Assembly: GCF_009834535.1 (NCBI RefSeq)
Contig: NC_045707.1
Location: 53,012,001-53,076,000 of the forward strand
Reading direction: 5' to 3'
DNA: 64,000 nucleotides
Source of the DNA: Camelus ferus
Taxonomy: Eukaryota
Shown piece after piece: positions 12,708 through 26,612 of this stretch (its first letter is position 1; each line of letters opens with the position of its first letter). The position numbers and the translations under genes were made by a program. The notes under the pieces are model-generated. The model had not been told where the DNA came from, made no database searches, and worked only from the letters and a program-made list of their open reading frames with translations.

Positions 12708-12838
12708 GAGGGGAAGGTATAGCTCAGTGGCAGAGCTTGGCTTCCACAAGGTCCTGGGTTCAGTCTCCAGTGCCTCCTCTAAATACATACGTACGTACAT
12801 AAACCAGCCCTGATTATCCCCGCAAAACGAAATAGAAT
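12708..12838 (+). mobile_element. Vic-1-like SINE with 15-bp TSD
   Basis: GGGGAAGGTATAGCTCAGTGGCAGAGC...GGTCCTGGGTTCAGTCTCC; TSD AAAACATACACAGTT at 12693-12707 and 12839-12853. Confidence 0.92.
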
Positions 12839-13497
12839 AAAACATACACAGTTTGCCTGTGTCTGTATTTTTGTAAGTTAGAATGTTTTCCCATCCATCA
12901 ATGAGTTGCCAAAGATGCTCTGTGGTAGAAAGAAAGAGCAGAGAATTGATTTACTAGTCAGTGTTGTCAACATTCACCTCAAATGTAGCTTTAAAAATAA
13001 TTGTTTATTTCAGCAATTCTCTGCAAGGATGAGATTTTTAATACAACTTATATTCCCTTTTTATATAAAATATGTTTTAACAACGTGCAGCCCTTGAGGG
13101 ATGGTGACTGTATATCCTCTTTAGCCAGGATACCAAAAATAATTTGTTTTAATTAGAGTTAACAGACCCCAGAGGCCAGAGACACAGTCCGCTTACTTTA
13201 GGTAATTCTACTCAGTGTTTGGGGGGAAAGTTAATCTTACTGAACTGAATTCCTAAGCCCGAAAGCGATCCTTAAAGTCAGCCTGTTAATCCACCCCTAG
13301 CGCTGTACTGCAGAGCGCAGGTCTGCAGGTGGCTCTTTGTGGACAGGCTGCCCCCATCACACTGCCTCGTCAGCCCCGAGGTGTCCCTGCGACACCCGAG
13401 CGGTGGGAGACGGGGGAGTTTCCGCAGCTGTGAGTGGTTGGATTAGGAGTGTGATGACGCGGGGCCAGGCGGGAGACCCTCTAAGAAGCTGGGCGGT

Positions 13498-13514
13498 GGG
13501 GGGGGGGGGGGGGG
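13498..13514 (+). repeat. G17 homopolymer
   Basis: Direct observation. Confidence 0.9.
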
Positions 13515-14739
13515 TCTGCAGGGTCTTGGCCTGTGTTCCCACTGGGGCCGCAGGGCGAGGCAGGGACAAGCGGGGGGAGGCGCTTGGAGCCCTTGTCCCC
13601 ACCAGCGGTGAGTCTTCGTCTGCTTTTAACTGAGACTCTGAGGCTGATAGACCGTCACAGAAAGACGCACAGAAGCACACACAACATTTTCCTTATCACG
13701 TCGGGGGCTCCTGCCCCAGCCCCACCGCACGCGACTGTCATGGTGACCGCATTTCTGAGGCTTTTCCCCTGAAGCCTGATATTGAATGGAGCAGTTAAAA
13801 TATCATGAATTCTGATAATTGCCTGAGCAGCAGGTTCACCAGCACAGACCAGGTCCAGTATTTTGGGCAGGCTGCCAGTGTGCGTGCGTGTCTGCCTGTC
13901 TGAGAGACAGGCGCCGTCTGTCCACCCTACAGCCAGAACAGCGTCTGTGCACATCTCCTTCTCGCTTTTCTCCGTAAGGCAAACAGAAGTGCTGCTCTTT
14001 CAAAGCCTTCTCCCTCGAGTCTACAGGTCACACTAAACCCTTTCATAGACGTTGTGTGTACAGCGGCCGTAACTACCAGGTGTAGGCCCCACGCTGCAGG
14101 CACGTCCCCTCTGACCCCCCAGAACCTGCCGTGAGGGAGGCTGGCTCGGGACCGTCCAACTGGTCAGCCTTCCAGCTTCTCAGGTTCACAATAAACAGAA
14201 GCAAACACCTGCTTTGGCCGCATTTACTAGTTTACAAATAGATATTTTCACCAAGCGGGTCTTAGATGTGATTTGAGGGGCAGGGAAACTTTCTGCTCAA
14301 CAGGACCTCCCGCGGGGTGACATTCCCATCCTGCCAGTCAGGATAGCGAAGGTGACCGCCAAGTGGAGATACTCAGGGGGATTATCGTTTCAGCCTCCAT
14401 GTTTTCCTTTAGTTTGTCAGTTTTTTGTTTTTTGTTTTTCCTTTAACCGCAGCTTTAATAGAATTGAAGGAAACATGACTTCTTACCAGCAGGGAGGAAG
14501 GAGAAATGGATTGGTGCTATATTCGGGAGAGATTGAAGATGGGGCAGCTGGACGGTTAGCGGTGCGGGAGGAGGTGCACGACAGCAAAATACCTGGTTTG
14601 GGAGTTTGTTTAGGAGGCAGTCCTGCAGACACCTTTGTATTCACCATATTCTTTCTGTGTAGTTACTTCTGGGTTTGAAGTCTATGCTCACAGGTCTTCA
14701 TTTACCTACTAGGGTAATTGTGCCTGAAAGCTTTAAATT

Positions 14740-15258
14740 TTTATTTTTCCAGCTTTGTTGAAATATAATTGACGTGTAACATGGTGTAATTTTAAGGCGT
14801 ACAATGTGATATTTTGAGACATGGACATTGTGTTGCAAAGTATTTACCAAGATAATTAATGGTTAATTAACCCATCATTACCTCCCATGCTTATTATCAT
14901 TTTGTTGTTACAAGGAGAACATAAAACTCTTCTCACAGGAACTTTCTAGTACACAACGCAGTCTTGTTAACTGTTGTCACGCTGCTGTACATCGCAGCCC
15001 CCAAACTTACTCATCACATAACTGGAGGTTTGTGCCTTCCGACCAGCATGCTGTTCCCCCTTCCTCAGCCCCTGGCAGCCACCCTCCTCTCTGTTTATGT
15101 GAACTCAGTGTTTTTAGATTCCACGTGTGAGATCATATAGTGTTTGTCTGTCTGATTTATTTCACTTAGTGTAATGCCCTAAAGGTGCATCTATCTTGTT
15201 GCAAATGGCAGGTTTCCTTTTTTTTTTTTAATGGCTGAGTTACGTTCCTGTGTGTGTG

Positions 15259-15311
<53 letters not shown>

Positions 15312-16025
15312 AGAATAGGAGGAGGATTTTCTTTATCTGTTCATCCATCAATAAACACTTAGGTTGTTCCCATGTCCTGGTTATTCTAAATAATGTTGCA
15401 GTGAACAAGGGGGCACAGAAATCTCTTTGAGACAGTGAGTTCATTTCCTTTGAATAAATACCCAGAAGTGGACTTGCTGGCAGTTCTAGTTCTGGTGTTT
15501 TGAGGGACCTCCATACTGTTTCCAAAGTGGCTGCACCAACTTACGTTCCCACCAACCATGACCAAGGGCTCCCTTTTCTCCACGTCCTCACCACACTTGT
15601 TATTTCTTGTCTTTTTTACAATAGCCATTCCTACAGGCGTGAGTTTGATTTGCATTTCCCTGATGACTAGTGGTGGTGAGCATTTTTCTGTGTACCTCTT
15701 GGTCCTCTGTATGTCTTTGGAAAAATGTCCATTCAAATGTGCATATTTGTTAATCAGATTTTTTTCTTCATTTATCTTGGATATTAACCCCTTACATAAA
15801 TGTTACTTGTAGGTATCTTCTCCGAATCCATAGGTTGCCTTTTACTTATTTTCTGTCATTTCATTTGCTGTGCAGAAACTGTTCAGTTTGATGTAGTCCT
15901 GCTTGATTTTTGCTTTTGGCGTCAAATACAAAACAGTCACTGCCAAGGCTCATGTCAAGTTGCTTTTCCCCTGTGTTTCTTCCAGGGGTTCTGCAGTTTC
16001 AGGTCATATGTGTAATTCTTTAATC
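14740..16025 (-). mobile_element. LINE-1 (L1MA-like) 3' fragment
   Basis: CAGCTTTGTTGAAATATAATTGAC; CCTCCATACTGTTTCCAAAGTGGCTGCACCAACTTAC; TTTGATTTGCATTTCCCTGATGACTAGT. Confidence 0.88.
15262..15307 (+). repeat. (GA)23 microsatellite inside L1
   Basis: Direct observation. Confidence 0.95.
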
Positions 16026-16027
16026 TA

Positions 16028-16147
16028 TTTTTTTTTTAATTTTATTTTTTGAGGGGGGAAAGGTAGCTAGGTTTATTTATAATTTTTTTAATAGAGGTGC
16101 TGGGGACTGAACCCAGACCTCAGAGCTTGCCTCCCTGCGTTCTACCA
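16028..16147 (-). mobile_element. Vic-1-like SINE, 5' part degenerate
   Basis: T-rich tail, then AGAGGTGCTGGGGACTGAACCCAGACCTC...TTCTACCA. Confidence 0.75.
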
Positions 16148-19100
16148 GGTGTGGGTGGTGTGGGTGGTCCGTGATGTGGGTGGTGTGAGGGGGGTTCGGG
16201 TTTCCTTCTGTGCCGGGCGTGGTGCTTTATGTCTTCTGACGCACTAGGCATCATTTAGAAGCGGTGAGATGGGCTCCAACACTGGTTCCTCATCCAGCGG
16301 TGGGCACACCGGCCTTCGCTGGGGCGTGGCGCACAAGACACGGCACCTGAGAACTAAGGAGGCCCCTTTCCACTTTGATTTATTCTCTGAGAACCGTGTG
16401 CTTGTAATACCGTGAGGAGCCACACGATGGCGGAAACGGCACTTTCAGCAGGTGAGTTTGCACCTGCTCTGACAGCAGGTCTGCTGGTCCTTATACTTTT
16501 CATAAAAATAGGAAGTACTTAACAGTACGAAACCCACCCCCACTCCCATCCCAAGGGGGGCACTGCAGGCAGGCAAAGTCCCTCAGTCCACTTCCTGCCC
16601 TGGTCGTTTCCCTTCTGCTCTTCCCTTTGGAGGACGCCTCCCCGTCTGGTGTGTCACCCTGCACCCCCCTCCTGTCACGCGCGTTCCTAGCAGCGCGCGG
16701 GCGGGTGTCGGAGGGGCCGTGTGTTCCTATGCAGGTGGCACAGTTCACTCCACCCTTGTTCTTAGATTTCTTGGTGTGGACTGAACGCAGCTTCAGTGGA
16801 TTGTCTTCTGTGTCACCAAACAGCATCCCACGGAGAGATCTTGACATGTTGCATCTACCCTTCTGTTGACAGCACTGGAGGAACAGTGGACGGAGGGACG
16901 GGGCTGGGCACCTCGCTTCTGCTGCTGCAAAATAGGGCTAACCCCCCTCTGACGGGACTGTGAGTGGGGACGCAACAGCTGTGACTGTTTCCTCTGCCAC
17001 CACAACAGCGTGACAGTAATGTGGAACCACATCATCCGTGTCTAATAGTCAACTCCCTTGGAGCCGGAATCGTCTGCTTCTTGCATCTCCCTAGGGGTGG
17101 CTCCTTCCTGTGCGGTGGTGGTGGTCTCACTGAGCTCCTAGGTGCTTCCCCTCAATGTTGAGACATTTTAGTTACTGCAAGCGGGTTCTCTAGGATGTAG
17201 ATCGGTAAGATACTGACTTCAGGAGTTAGGGTTTTTGCCTTGACAGGGATTTCTTAAGGTCAAGATGGGAGGATGGAATTGCACACTTTCTTTTCTTTAT
17301 TAGTCTCAGGAGACTGGTTTGTTTTGTGTTTGGAATCACCATCTTCACCGCCTGGCTTTGCTGCGGTGGCAGAAGCAGGCACTGCGTGTGTGGCATAAGT
17401 TCCAGGATCTGTTTGTGGCAGGGCGTGTCCTCAGGGCACCTTATCCCACAGCCCCAGCCCCCGCCCCCCCGGCCTCGGCAGAGCTGCGACGCTGGAGAAA
17501 ACCTGTTTTCAGTAGAATCTTTGCCTTTTCCCCCCATCGCCTGGAACTCTTGGAATCCGGGTCATCACAGGTGCCCTGGAGGGAGGCAGGCGGCCTCCAG
17601 GGAGCCCAGGGATGCAGTGACATCAAAGGCCACCGTCCAACTTGTCTACTGGCTTGCTCCGGGGCCCTAGGAGGGGAGGAGTTAGGGGACATCTACGGGA
17701 CTGACCTCGGGCTCCTTCCAGGACCTTGGCCGCCCGTCTCCAGCCCCTCTCCAGAGCAGAGCTCTGGGGACAGTGGGTTAGTCTGGGGCATTGTCAGGGC
17801 CCCAGTTCCTATGCTGGGGAGGGGACACCCCCCCACCTTAGGTCCCCACCTGCCCGCTGGGACGTGTCAGTTCCCGAATGGCGGATGAAAGGAAAACTCA
17901 GAGGGGCTTGGAGACAGTGCAGTGCAGTGCAGTGTCATCCGCTTACAAGTGGGACCAGTTTTTGGTGATTTTTTCGGACTGCACTGTTTTCCTGGACAGT
18001 CAATTCTGCCTTCTCATAGACGCTGCTCTGGTGAACTTGAACTTGAACCTGCTCGTGAGAAACATGGCAGTTTGAGCTGCTGGGGGCAGGTCTGTGCCCA
18101 GCACCCGCTCCATCCTTCCCCTGATGGCCCGGAGCCTCCCCAGAGGCCTCACTTGGGAAGACGCACTTCGGAGATGAGGTGTCGGGCGTGGTGAGGAAGG
18201 ATGTTCGTGCTTTTCAGAGAAATGGTCCTCTTCCCTGTAAACGGTTATTCATGAGATAAAATTTAAACTGAAAAAAGATTCATTTCCATTACACTCAGAG
18301 TAGTTACAAAACAACATTCTTCCCTCACCGCGTGTCGTACAAGGAAATTAGTGGCTTGGAAGCTACAGCCACCCGACGGTCCCCAGGCCCGGAGCTCCTC
18401 GTCTGGGAGGGCAGCCCGCAGCCCTGGACCAGCTCCGCCCGGGGCCCGTCTGCAGCCCAGCCCCGCGCGGGGAGGCGGTGGCAGTTCAGCGACACTGACG
18501 GGCAGTCTTAGAGGCTGAAGTTTAACCAGATTTCTTTACCCTGGAAACTGGGGTGTCAGGTTGAGGCTGCTTTTTGAATTCTCGTCCCAAATGGAAAGCA
18601 TTCAAACTTATGGAAGGTGTTGCTCAACTTCAAAGAGAAGCAGGGTTGGAGTTTTTACAGTCTCACAGAAAACTTAATTTTTCCGAAGCAGTGGAATGTA
18701 TGAGCCTTTTCAGAGTCGTTAGGTGATGTCAAGCGTTTTCAAGAAAACAAAGCCAGTGTTAGAGCTCCAGAGCTTTCATCTCAAAGTAGCGTCACCATAA
18801 AGTGATGCCGGTCCTAAAATCAATGGGTCGGTTGGCTGAACGATAAACCAGAGAACAAACTCACTTAGCGAACACACATGGAGCCCTGTACTTCTGTGTA
18901 GACGTGGTGGCCAAGCGTCCTGTGGTGCTCGGGGAGGGCGGGCGGAGCCTGTGGGTGAGGACAGAGAGGGCGAGGGTCTTGGAGCCTTCTTATGACGGGG
19001 ACCCGTGCTCAGAGTCCAGAGTGGGGGACTCAGGTCCAGTCCGGCAGGAGGGCAGGAGGGGAGAGGAGGCCACGTCTGTCCTGGGACGGAGCTCAGAGTG

Positions 19101-21689
19101 GGCGCAGGGAGCCACTGGAGGGCATCCCACAGGACCCCGCCTGACCGGTTTACATGTTGAAAGGACTCTTTGAAATTTGGAGGCTGTATTAGAGGCGAAT
19201 GAGACCAGTGGTAGAGATCAGTTAGGAGGCTTAGAGGAACTGAGGGGAGGCAGAAGGAACTCTTCTGAGTCAGTGTCTGTCCCGCAGGCACTGGGAAACT
19301 TAGAATTAAATGAACAGATGAGATCAGATGTCCTGCTCTGGGGAGAAGGGAGGCGTCGGTGCTGATTGGGAGGTCAGGGTAAGTCCATCTCTTGGCTCCT
19401 GAAGGACCTGCCAGTCCCTGAAATGGGAACAGGATGTGGTCGTGTGCATTTCTGAGAGTCACTAACTTTGATCAGACTCACGGGGTCAGCGGCCAGCCTG
19501 TAGTATGGGGGCCTGGTGAGATGCTCCCGGACCATCCTGTACAGTCATTTCCACCAAGAGTTTCAAACCTGCGGAAGAAATGCCGGCTGTGCTGATGACA
19601 CGGAGTTGGACCCGACGTCCTGTGACGCTGGGAGCCAGAGCACAGGTTCCAGGAGGGCCCACGGGGGACAGATGTGAATACACGTCATCAAGTTCACGGA
19701 CCTGCCATGGAGTGGGGCGAGGTGCCCCCACAACAGCTTTTGTGAGCCAGTGTCCGAGAACCGGCGGCGTTGGGCCTGGCAGGGACGGTAGTGAGCCTCT
19801 GTCCTGGCTGTGACCATGACCAAGGAGGGGTGGGCTCTGTGGTGAGGGGGGTGCTGTGTGGGAGTGAGGCCCTGTGTGGGGGTGGGGGGCGGGAGTAGGG
19901 AACCCGCCCTGAGCCGGAGCCCACACCAGCCTCGGAGATTGTTCCCGGAGCTGAAATGAGCATTTCTGTTCCCGGAGCTGAAATGAGACCACCAGGCCTC
20001 CCTCTGTACCGACAAATGCCCGACAGTTCTTTGAAACTCAAACTCATTTCATTTTAACACCTTTATTGTGGTCTGGTTCCTGTACAGTAAGCTACATACG
20101 TTTCAGATGTACAGTCCGGTGAATTTTGATAGATATGTACACCCATGAAACCACCGCAATCAAGATAGCTAACATTTCCGTCCAAAACTCATTTTAAGTA
20201 GGCCTGATCCAAGGTTCAGGCACAAACGATAACTGTGCTTCCACAGGGCAACATGAAAGGGGGCTATCTGGGGACTGGGACGTGGGCCCTTCCTGCCCCC
20301 ACCCCCTCCCTGAGCCTGAGCCGCGGGGGTGGGGGGAGCCGTCCTTCCTGGAAGCGCTAGCTCCCTGGGTGCACAGGACGGCTCAGTGCGTGGAGGGAGG
20401 TCTGGGGAGAAGACGGCCTCCTCTCTCACCTCTGTGCTGTCAGCAAAACAACAGTGGTTAGAGACCTTTGCCCAAAGCCCCAGGATTTAATTTTACGCAG
20501 TTGTGACAATTTCGATAGAATGTAAGCGTGGATTTACTGAAACTCCTGTTTGTCAGCACGGCTGGCCATTTTCAAAGTCAGAGGGCAGATGTTTCGGCTT
20601 GTTTCACGTAACTTTTTTTTCTGTTCACATCCATTTAACCTTAGACTCGTCAAAGCAGGATTCCTCCTACGCAGTTAGGGGTTTCCTGTGTTGTCACCTT
20701 TACTGGCTCCCAAGCTCTTCTTCCTTCGCAGTTCACTGCGTCACTCTTCAAAGCTCCCTTAAAAATCAAGCTCTTATTTACATTTTCCTGTAGAAACGTC
20801 ATACTCAGTATTGAGGTTTCTGTGTTTGCAGTGGCTACAATTAATTTGAGTTTTATTCATCAGGCATCCATTCTGTTTTGATGCCTAGAGTTTAAAAAAA
20901 ATTGGTTCTTGTTTCTCTTGAGTTTTTCACCTGTCATGACACAAATGCAAGAATCAGATGCTTTCGGAACCCTAATTTTATATGTTCCTATTACTATAAA
21001 CTTTAAACTTTTCTGTATTTTTCAGTAGGATCCTCGAACTTTGTATGGAAGGTATATTAAATCTTCTGAATTATTCCCATTTATTTTTGAGTGGGCAGGA
21101 ATTCAAAGCCCAGGGAGCTACAAAGGGGCATGTCAGTGACCAGCCGTCCTGTGCTGCGTCCGGAGGCCTCAGGCCCCAGATGCAGTGTGTGTGTCCTCCC
21201 AGGAGAGAGAGACCTCTGGCACTGAATTTTTTTTTTTTCACATGTTGCATCACTAATTATATCTAGTGTGGTAATAAAATTACTAATTTTCCCCCTGCAT
21301 TTTCTTTAAAAAACGTGTCACATTTTGATGGCAGCTGTAGGAGCTGTGTTTCCTTTGGGGCGGGGGAACCAGAGTGCCGGACCAGCCCCAAGGGGACCCA
21401 GCACCTGGGGTCCCCGCAGTCCTTCCTCCGGAGGCAAGGGCGCCTTAAGTTTTGAATTTCTAATACAGGTAACTTCCAAAGGAGGGGACATTCACTGATA
21501 ACTCTTGGTGTGAAAAGAACACGCAGACCCACCTCTGTGCTCCTGTCGCCTGAGGGGACTCCGGGAGGGCAGAGCTGACACTTCACTCCAAGAGAAAGGA
21601 CTGCACCGCAAGTCGCACTGCCGGCCGAGAGCCAGCCCTTGGTCAGCTGTGCTGACTTGCACCCAGCAGGGCTGAGTCCGCCGGCTGCT

Positions 21690-22700
21690 GGTGCGCGCGT
21701 CCCCTGGAGCCGGCGACAAGGACGTGCCCCTGCCGTCCGTCCTCGTCCTGCAGACACCCTCCCCCCCCACCGCAGAACCGAGCAGTACTTGCCGGCGGTC
21801 GCGCCGGCCACACGTGGAGATGAACGGGCTGCGAAGGCACCCTGGCACCTTGGGGCGGAGGAGTGCTCGCGGGAGGCGCGCGTCTTTGGAGAGGGGGCTG
21901 CTCCGAGTGGGCGGTGAGGGTTCGTTAAGTCACTGAATGGGGGTTGGTAGAAGAAACCACCTTCCTCTCAGTTGTGAATTTTTGAGTAAGATTTAATGGG
22001 GGAGGAAAAAAGACACTTCCTTCCTTCTAAGGAGGAGTTTAGAGTACCGCGGTGAGAGGGAGGACTTCGACTGCTTCCCGTTAGAATGTGCGTTGTTTTT
22101 TTTTTTAAGGAAAATGCCCCAAAGAGCTCACGATGACCAGGCACTTCTGTCAGTCGCCAGCTGCGTGTGAAATGTTAATGGGTTTCCCGGCCAGCAGGGC
22201 AGGGCAGGACCCTCCCTGAGTCATCCATCACCTGCTGGAGCGCTGAGCCCAGGTCTCGCTCGCAGTGACGCTGGAACGGCTGGAAAGGAAGGAGCGCGGC
22301 CGCTGACCGCAGCGGCTCGGCCCCGGGCGAGCACGTGAGCGGCCCCCAGGTGCCCGCGGGGAGGGCGGGGCGCCGGCAAGCAGGAAGCGCCGGGCCCCTC
22401 CCCGTCAGGTGCGCGGCCGCCGGCAGGGACGCGCCGAGTCCGCCCGCCGCGCGGGGACATGACGGCCCTGCGGCTCAAGGAGCTCTCGGAGTCGGGCCTG
22501 TACCGGCGGCGGCGGGCGCGGCCGGACAGCCTGCGGCCCCGCGTGCCCGGAGAGGAGGCGGCGCGCAGGTGAGCGGGGCGGGGGACCAGCGCGGCCCGGG
22601 GGAGCCGCACACCTGGAACAAGCAGCACCCCCCCTCCACCCCCCCAACCGGGCCCACAGCATCCCTACCTGTCGCGGCCGCGCTCCCCAGACCGGCAGTC
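21690..22700. promoter_or_regulatory. CpG island / internal promoter of the MTALR first exon
   Basis: Very GC- and CpG-dense, especially 22250-22700. GC-box-like GGGCGGGG motifs surround the ATG at 22459. Confidence 0.8.
22459..22568 (+). CDS. LIMS1: Alternative first coding exon (MTALRLKELSESGLYRRRRARPDSLRPRVPGEEAAR-S); 363-aa isoform with terminal exon B
   Basis: ATG 22459; CAG|GTGAGC donor in phase 2 (AG+C=Ser). Similar to the human LIMS1 N-terminus MTALQLKELSHSGLYRRRRDRPDSLR. Confidence 0.92.
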
Positions 22701-25700
22701 TTGTAACATCTTTACAAACGAGAGTCACCGGGGGATGTTTCAAACTGCCCACAACTCTCTCTTCAGTTTAAAGATGCTTATAGGACGCATTTCCTGTGCT
22801 TGGTGGTGAGGGTAGTTTGTGTTGTTTTGGGTGGGGGTCCGGGCTGTTTTCAGAGGATTCTTTGTTGTTAAAGTGGGTTTAACAGAAGACTGAAGAGTAA
22901 CCTTTGAACGTAACCGGGGAAGGAGGGGCAGGCATCCAAAACGTGGAGACCTTCCTACCTGAAATGGTTCAGGGTGTTCTGTGTTCAATGTTAATTTGCC
23001 TAAAACAACACGATTTTAGTTTTTGTTACAGCTATTGAATTTTTTTAGCCCATTAAGCTGTCGGTTTCTGTGCTGTGTTGTCGGTGGGGCTGCAGTTGTC
23101 TGCGGTGACAGGTGCTGCGGTGGGGACCCTCCTCCTGTTACCTGTGCCTGGTGGCCCTTGTGCTGTGGACCCTTGAGTCACGTGTTTAAGTCGTCCACTT
23201 AGGTGGTGGGAGGGGTGTATACGTTATATATGATTGCTCTTTCTCCTATAAATTCATTTTTAGAGTTTATTTTAAGTTCTCTTTTTAAGTTTAACAGGGA
23301 CAAAAGTGAAAAGGAAGTGCTTTTAAACGTATATTAAATTTGTGTCTACTCCAGGAAGTGTACTTTGGGAGGGAAACGTTTATTTGAAAACGATCAGCTC
23401 TTTACTACTATTTGAAGAGAACAGTAGTACTGAAGGACTGGTGTTGGTCCCGACATTATTGGAATGTATTTCCTGCTGCATCAGGTGTCTCGGCTACTGG
23501 ACTGGACGGAAGTTTAAAGCTTCGGAATTTGACTTGTTGTAGATTTCCAGCATGAGGTTTAGTGAGGATCCTGACTCTTGAAGATGAGATGGGCTGGTGG
23601 GCCTGAAATGGACTCCAATCCGCCCTTGATCCAAGAGCAAAAAGTTACTGAAAACGGTTTCAATTTCAGACTTGGGGTCCTAAGGAGTTTACTTTTTAAA
23701 AAAAAATAAAATATGTCGAATGACATTTGAGAGCGGGCACCTTTTACTTATCTTCAGACAGTAACAAAAGTACCCATGAGTGAAACTACGTAAACGTCCG
23801 AGGAAGTGGTCATTTGTGTACTTGTAATGGCCTCTGAAACAACGAGACTGTTTTCCTTTACCTAGAGTTTAAATTACAACAGGGGAGCCATTCTTAAGGA
23901 GTGTTGCTTGTTCCACTGCGTTAAGGAGACATAATTGTTCATGCATTCTGGTGATGTGGTTCCCTGGCCATAGGAAGGGACTTAGGTTTCTGCGTGTCTC
24001 TGTCCCGTGCAGAGAAAGTGACCATTTTCCTTATTTTAGGACTGTGAACTTAGGTAGGAAAAGGAGACTTTTTATCGATTTAGAGAGGCAAGGTTTTCCC
24101 CTAGTTTTATAGGAAACCCGTTTTCAGTATGAAGTCAGCTAATAGGAACAGGAGGGTAGGGACTTCGAGGTTAGACGCACCCGGTTCAGGGCTCCTATGT
24201 CGGGCAGGTGGTTCCTCTTTAAAACAAGGATAAAAATCACTACCATTTTGAGCGTGTTATCTCATATCAGTCTCCCCCCCAACTTAGTGAGCAGGGTGTT
24301 TGTTATCCAGCTAACTTTGGGTGCCTACTGTGTGCTAAGCAGAGAGGCCCCCGGGGCTCAGGGCCTGGAGGGTCACCAGCAGGTGTTGCTCCTGGAGCTG
24401 CACTTGACTTTGTACGTGTGACCTCAGACGCCTCTGGAGCCTCGATGTCACACAGAACCCACCCCCCCACCCCTTGTCACCGGCTTCCTCCTCACCCACG
24501 TGCCGCCCTCTTGGCCTGTTTCTGGATTCTAGCAAAAAAGGTCAGAGACTAAGAAGGGCTATGCCCCCTGCCTGAAAACACTTTTCTTTCAAGTTTAAAT
24601 TGAAGACTGCTCTGAAGCAGCATACAAGTATTTAAAGAGCACCAAGGGTCATGAGAGTGCTTCCGGCTCAAACCGAAACTTCTTAGAACAGAGGTGTGTG
24701 AAAGGCATTGTTCGTGGAAAACGCTGGCTCTGTCGGTTTTTACTTTAAAGTTTTAAAGCATTGAATACAACCTGAAGCTACTTTTTATCCACTGTACTGG
24801 AGGGGAGTCATGGCTGTTCCTGTCACAGTAGGAGGAAGCATCCTGGGGCCTTTGTCCTCCCTCGCTGTAGGACGTGCCCTTGAGTTTGGCCAGAACCTGA
24901 GAGCCTGAGAGGCTCCTGGAAGTTCCCTTCCTCCATGAGGGTAGCTGTGAGGATGCTCTGCGTGCAGGTGGTGGTGGTGTCGTCCCTTCTCTTGGGGACG
25001 GGCTTGGCTGGGTGGTCCCACTTCCCCCATGGGCTCAGGTCAGAGATGCCCTCACTGTTGCACACCCGGGGCTCAGGGCCTGTCCCTCACACCTTTGCAG
25101 GCGTGGGCCCCTTCTTCCTGAAACGTTTGATGCCCAAAAATACCATCTAAGTTATACCCTCAGTGTCCCCCATCACCTTGGCTCTGCCTCAGACACACAG
25201 GATTGGAGGTACCTGACTGGGGACAGCTCAGAATTGAGGCCTTCGCTGGCCAGGGGCTGGCGACCCCTGAGCCTTAGGCCTAATCTGCCTCTTTCTGTGT
25301 AGCCACGAGCTGGGGGTGGATTTTTTATATTTTTCAAATAGTTGAAAAAGAATACGAGAATATCTCTGATGGGAAATTCCATGAACCTGGGATTGGTCAG
25401 CAGAGCCGTTCTGGAGCCCCGCATGCATGCTGTCAGGGGCAGGGTGTCTGGGCAGGGTGTCTGGGCAGTGACCGCAGACAGTCCCTCCCTCTGGCCTGGT
25501 CCCCAGGTCAGATAAGGCCCTGGGGTCTGTCCCTCCCAGTGGGTTGATTTTGCCTGTGTGACTGACTGCAACAGAGGAGGTGCCCCTGCAGAGTGGCCTC
25601 AGTGCAGCAGGGCGCAGCTCTTCACTGGGGAGAATGGATTTTCCGGACAGCCCGGACCGCCCGGGACCAGAGTTAATCATTTAAATAAGCTTGGAGCTCC

Positions 25701-26229
25701 CGTCTTTCTAGATGTGGGATGGAATCATTTTCAGGCTGCAGGGTTGCCCAGAGTGGGTTGACAGGAGGAAACTTGGATCAGGTCTCCACCCAGACTGAGC
25801 CCGTCGGGGCTGTGACCACAGTTCGGCTTGTCACTCTGTCCCGTCCTGGCTTCAGCGTCTAGGCAGGTGGGATGGCCGGAGGGCAGGTCTTCAAACGTGT
25901 GTGCTGGTCATTTGGGGGCCTATCTTTTGACTGAAAAACCGGTGTTTATACTTTAGGTTTAGAAATAGAGCCTGTTACACAATTAGGGTTAAAACTACAC
26001 CTTTGCCGTCTTGTCGGCTCGTTACTTCACGGCTCAGTGAGGGCACACTCCGTCCTCCTGACGGTGGGCGCAGCTGGCGGGCGCGTCGCCTCACCGCCCC
26101 GCAGAGGTGTCCGTTGGCCGGCCTTGCTTTCTGAAAGGTGGTGACACTTCCCGTGTGTTTGAGGGCGTCACCCATATACACCTGTGGAGCGCTCTCTCGG
26201 CTGTGAGGTGGGGGAATCTGCCGCCTGCG

Positions 26230-26612
26230 TCTCCCAGGCTGACTCCGACGTGCTGTGCTGAGTGAACTGAGTCAGAGAAAGGCGGACCCTGTGTTCTTCC
26301 TCTCATGTGGAATTGAAAAACAGAGTAGAATAGGGGTCCCTGGGGCTGGGGCGGTGGTTGAAGGTACGAACTTGAACTAGAGGATGAGCACATTCTGGAG
26401 ATCTAACACACAGTGCAGTGGTTACAGTCCACAATAGCCTGTTCAGTCTTCGAAGGTGCTAAGAGACTAAATCTTCATTGCTCTCACTGCGAAAGGGAAA
26501 TAATCGTGACGTGACAGAGGTGTCAGCTAACGCAGCACATAAATGCATCAGGCCGGCAGCCGCACTCCCCAGCCGCACTCGTCCTGTGTCTGTTTTTATC
26601 TCGATTTAAAAA
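26230..26612 (+). mobile_element. LINE-1 3' end fragment
   Basis: GTGCTGAGTGAACTGAGTCAGAGAAAG; TTCTGGAGATCTAACACACAG; GCTAAGAGACTAAATCTTCATTGCTCTCAC. Confidence 0.7.

Noticed and set aside
16427..16457. ATG-led mini-exon with perfect CAG|GTGAGT donor
   Set aside because: 25 nt from the ATG is phase 1, incompatible with the phase-2 exon-2 acceptor; no homology recognised.
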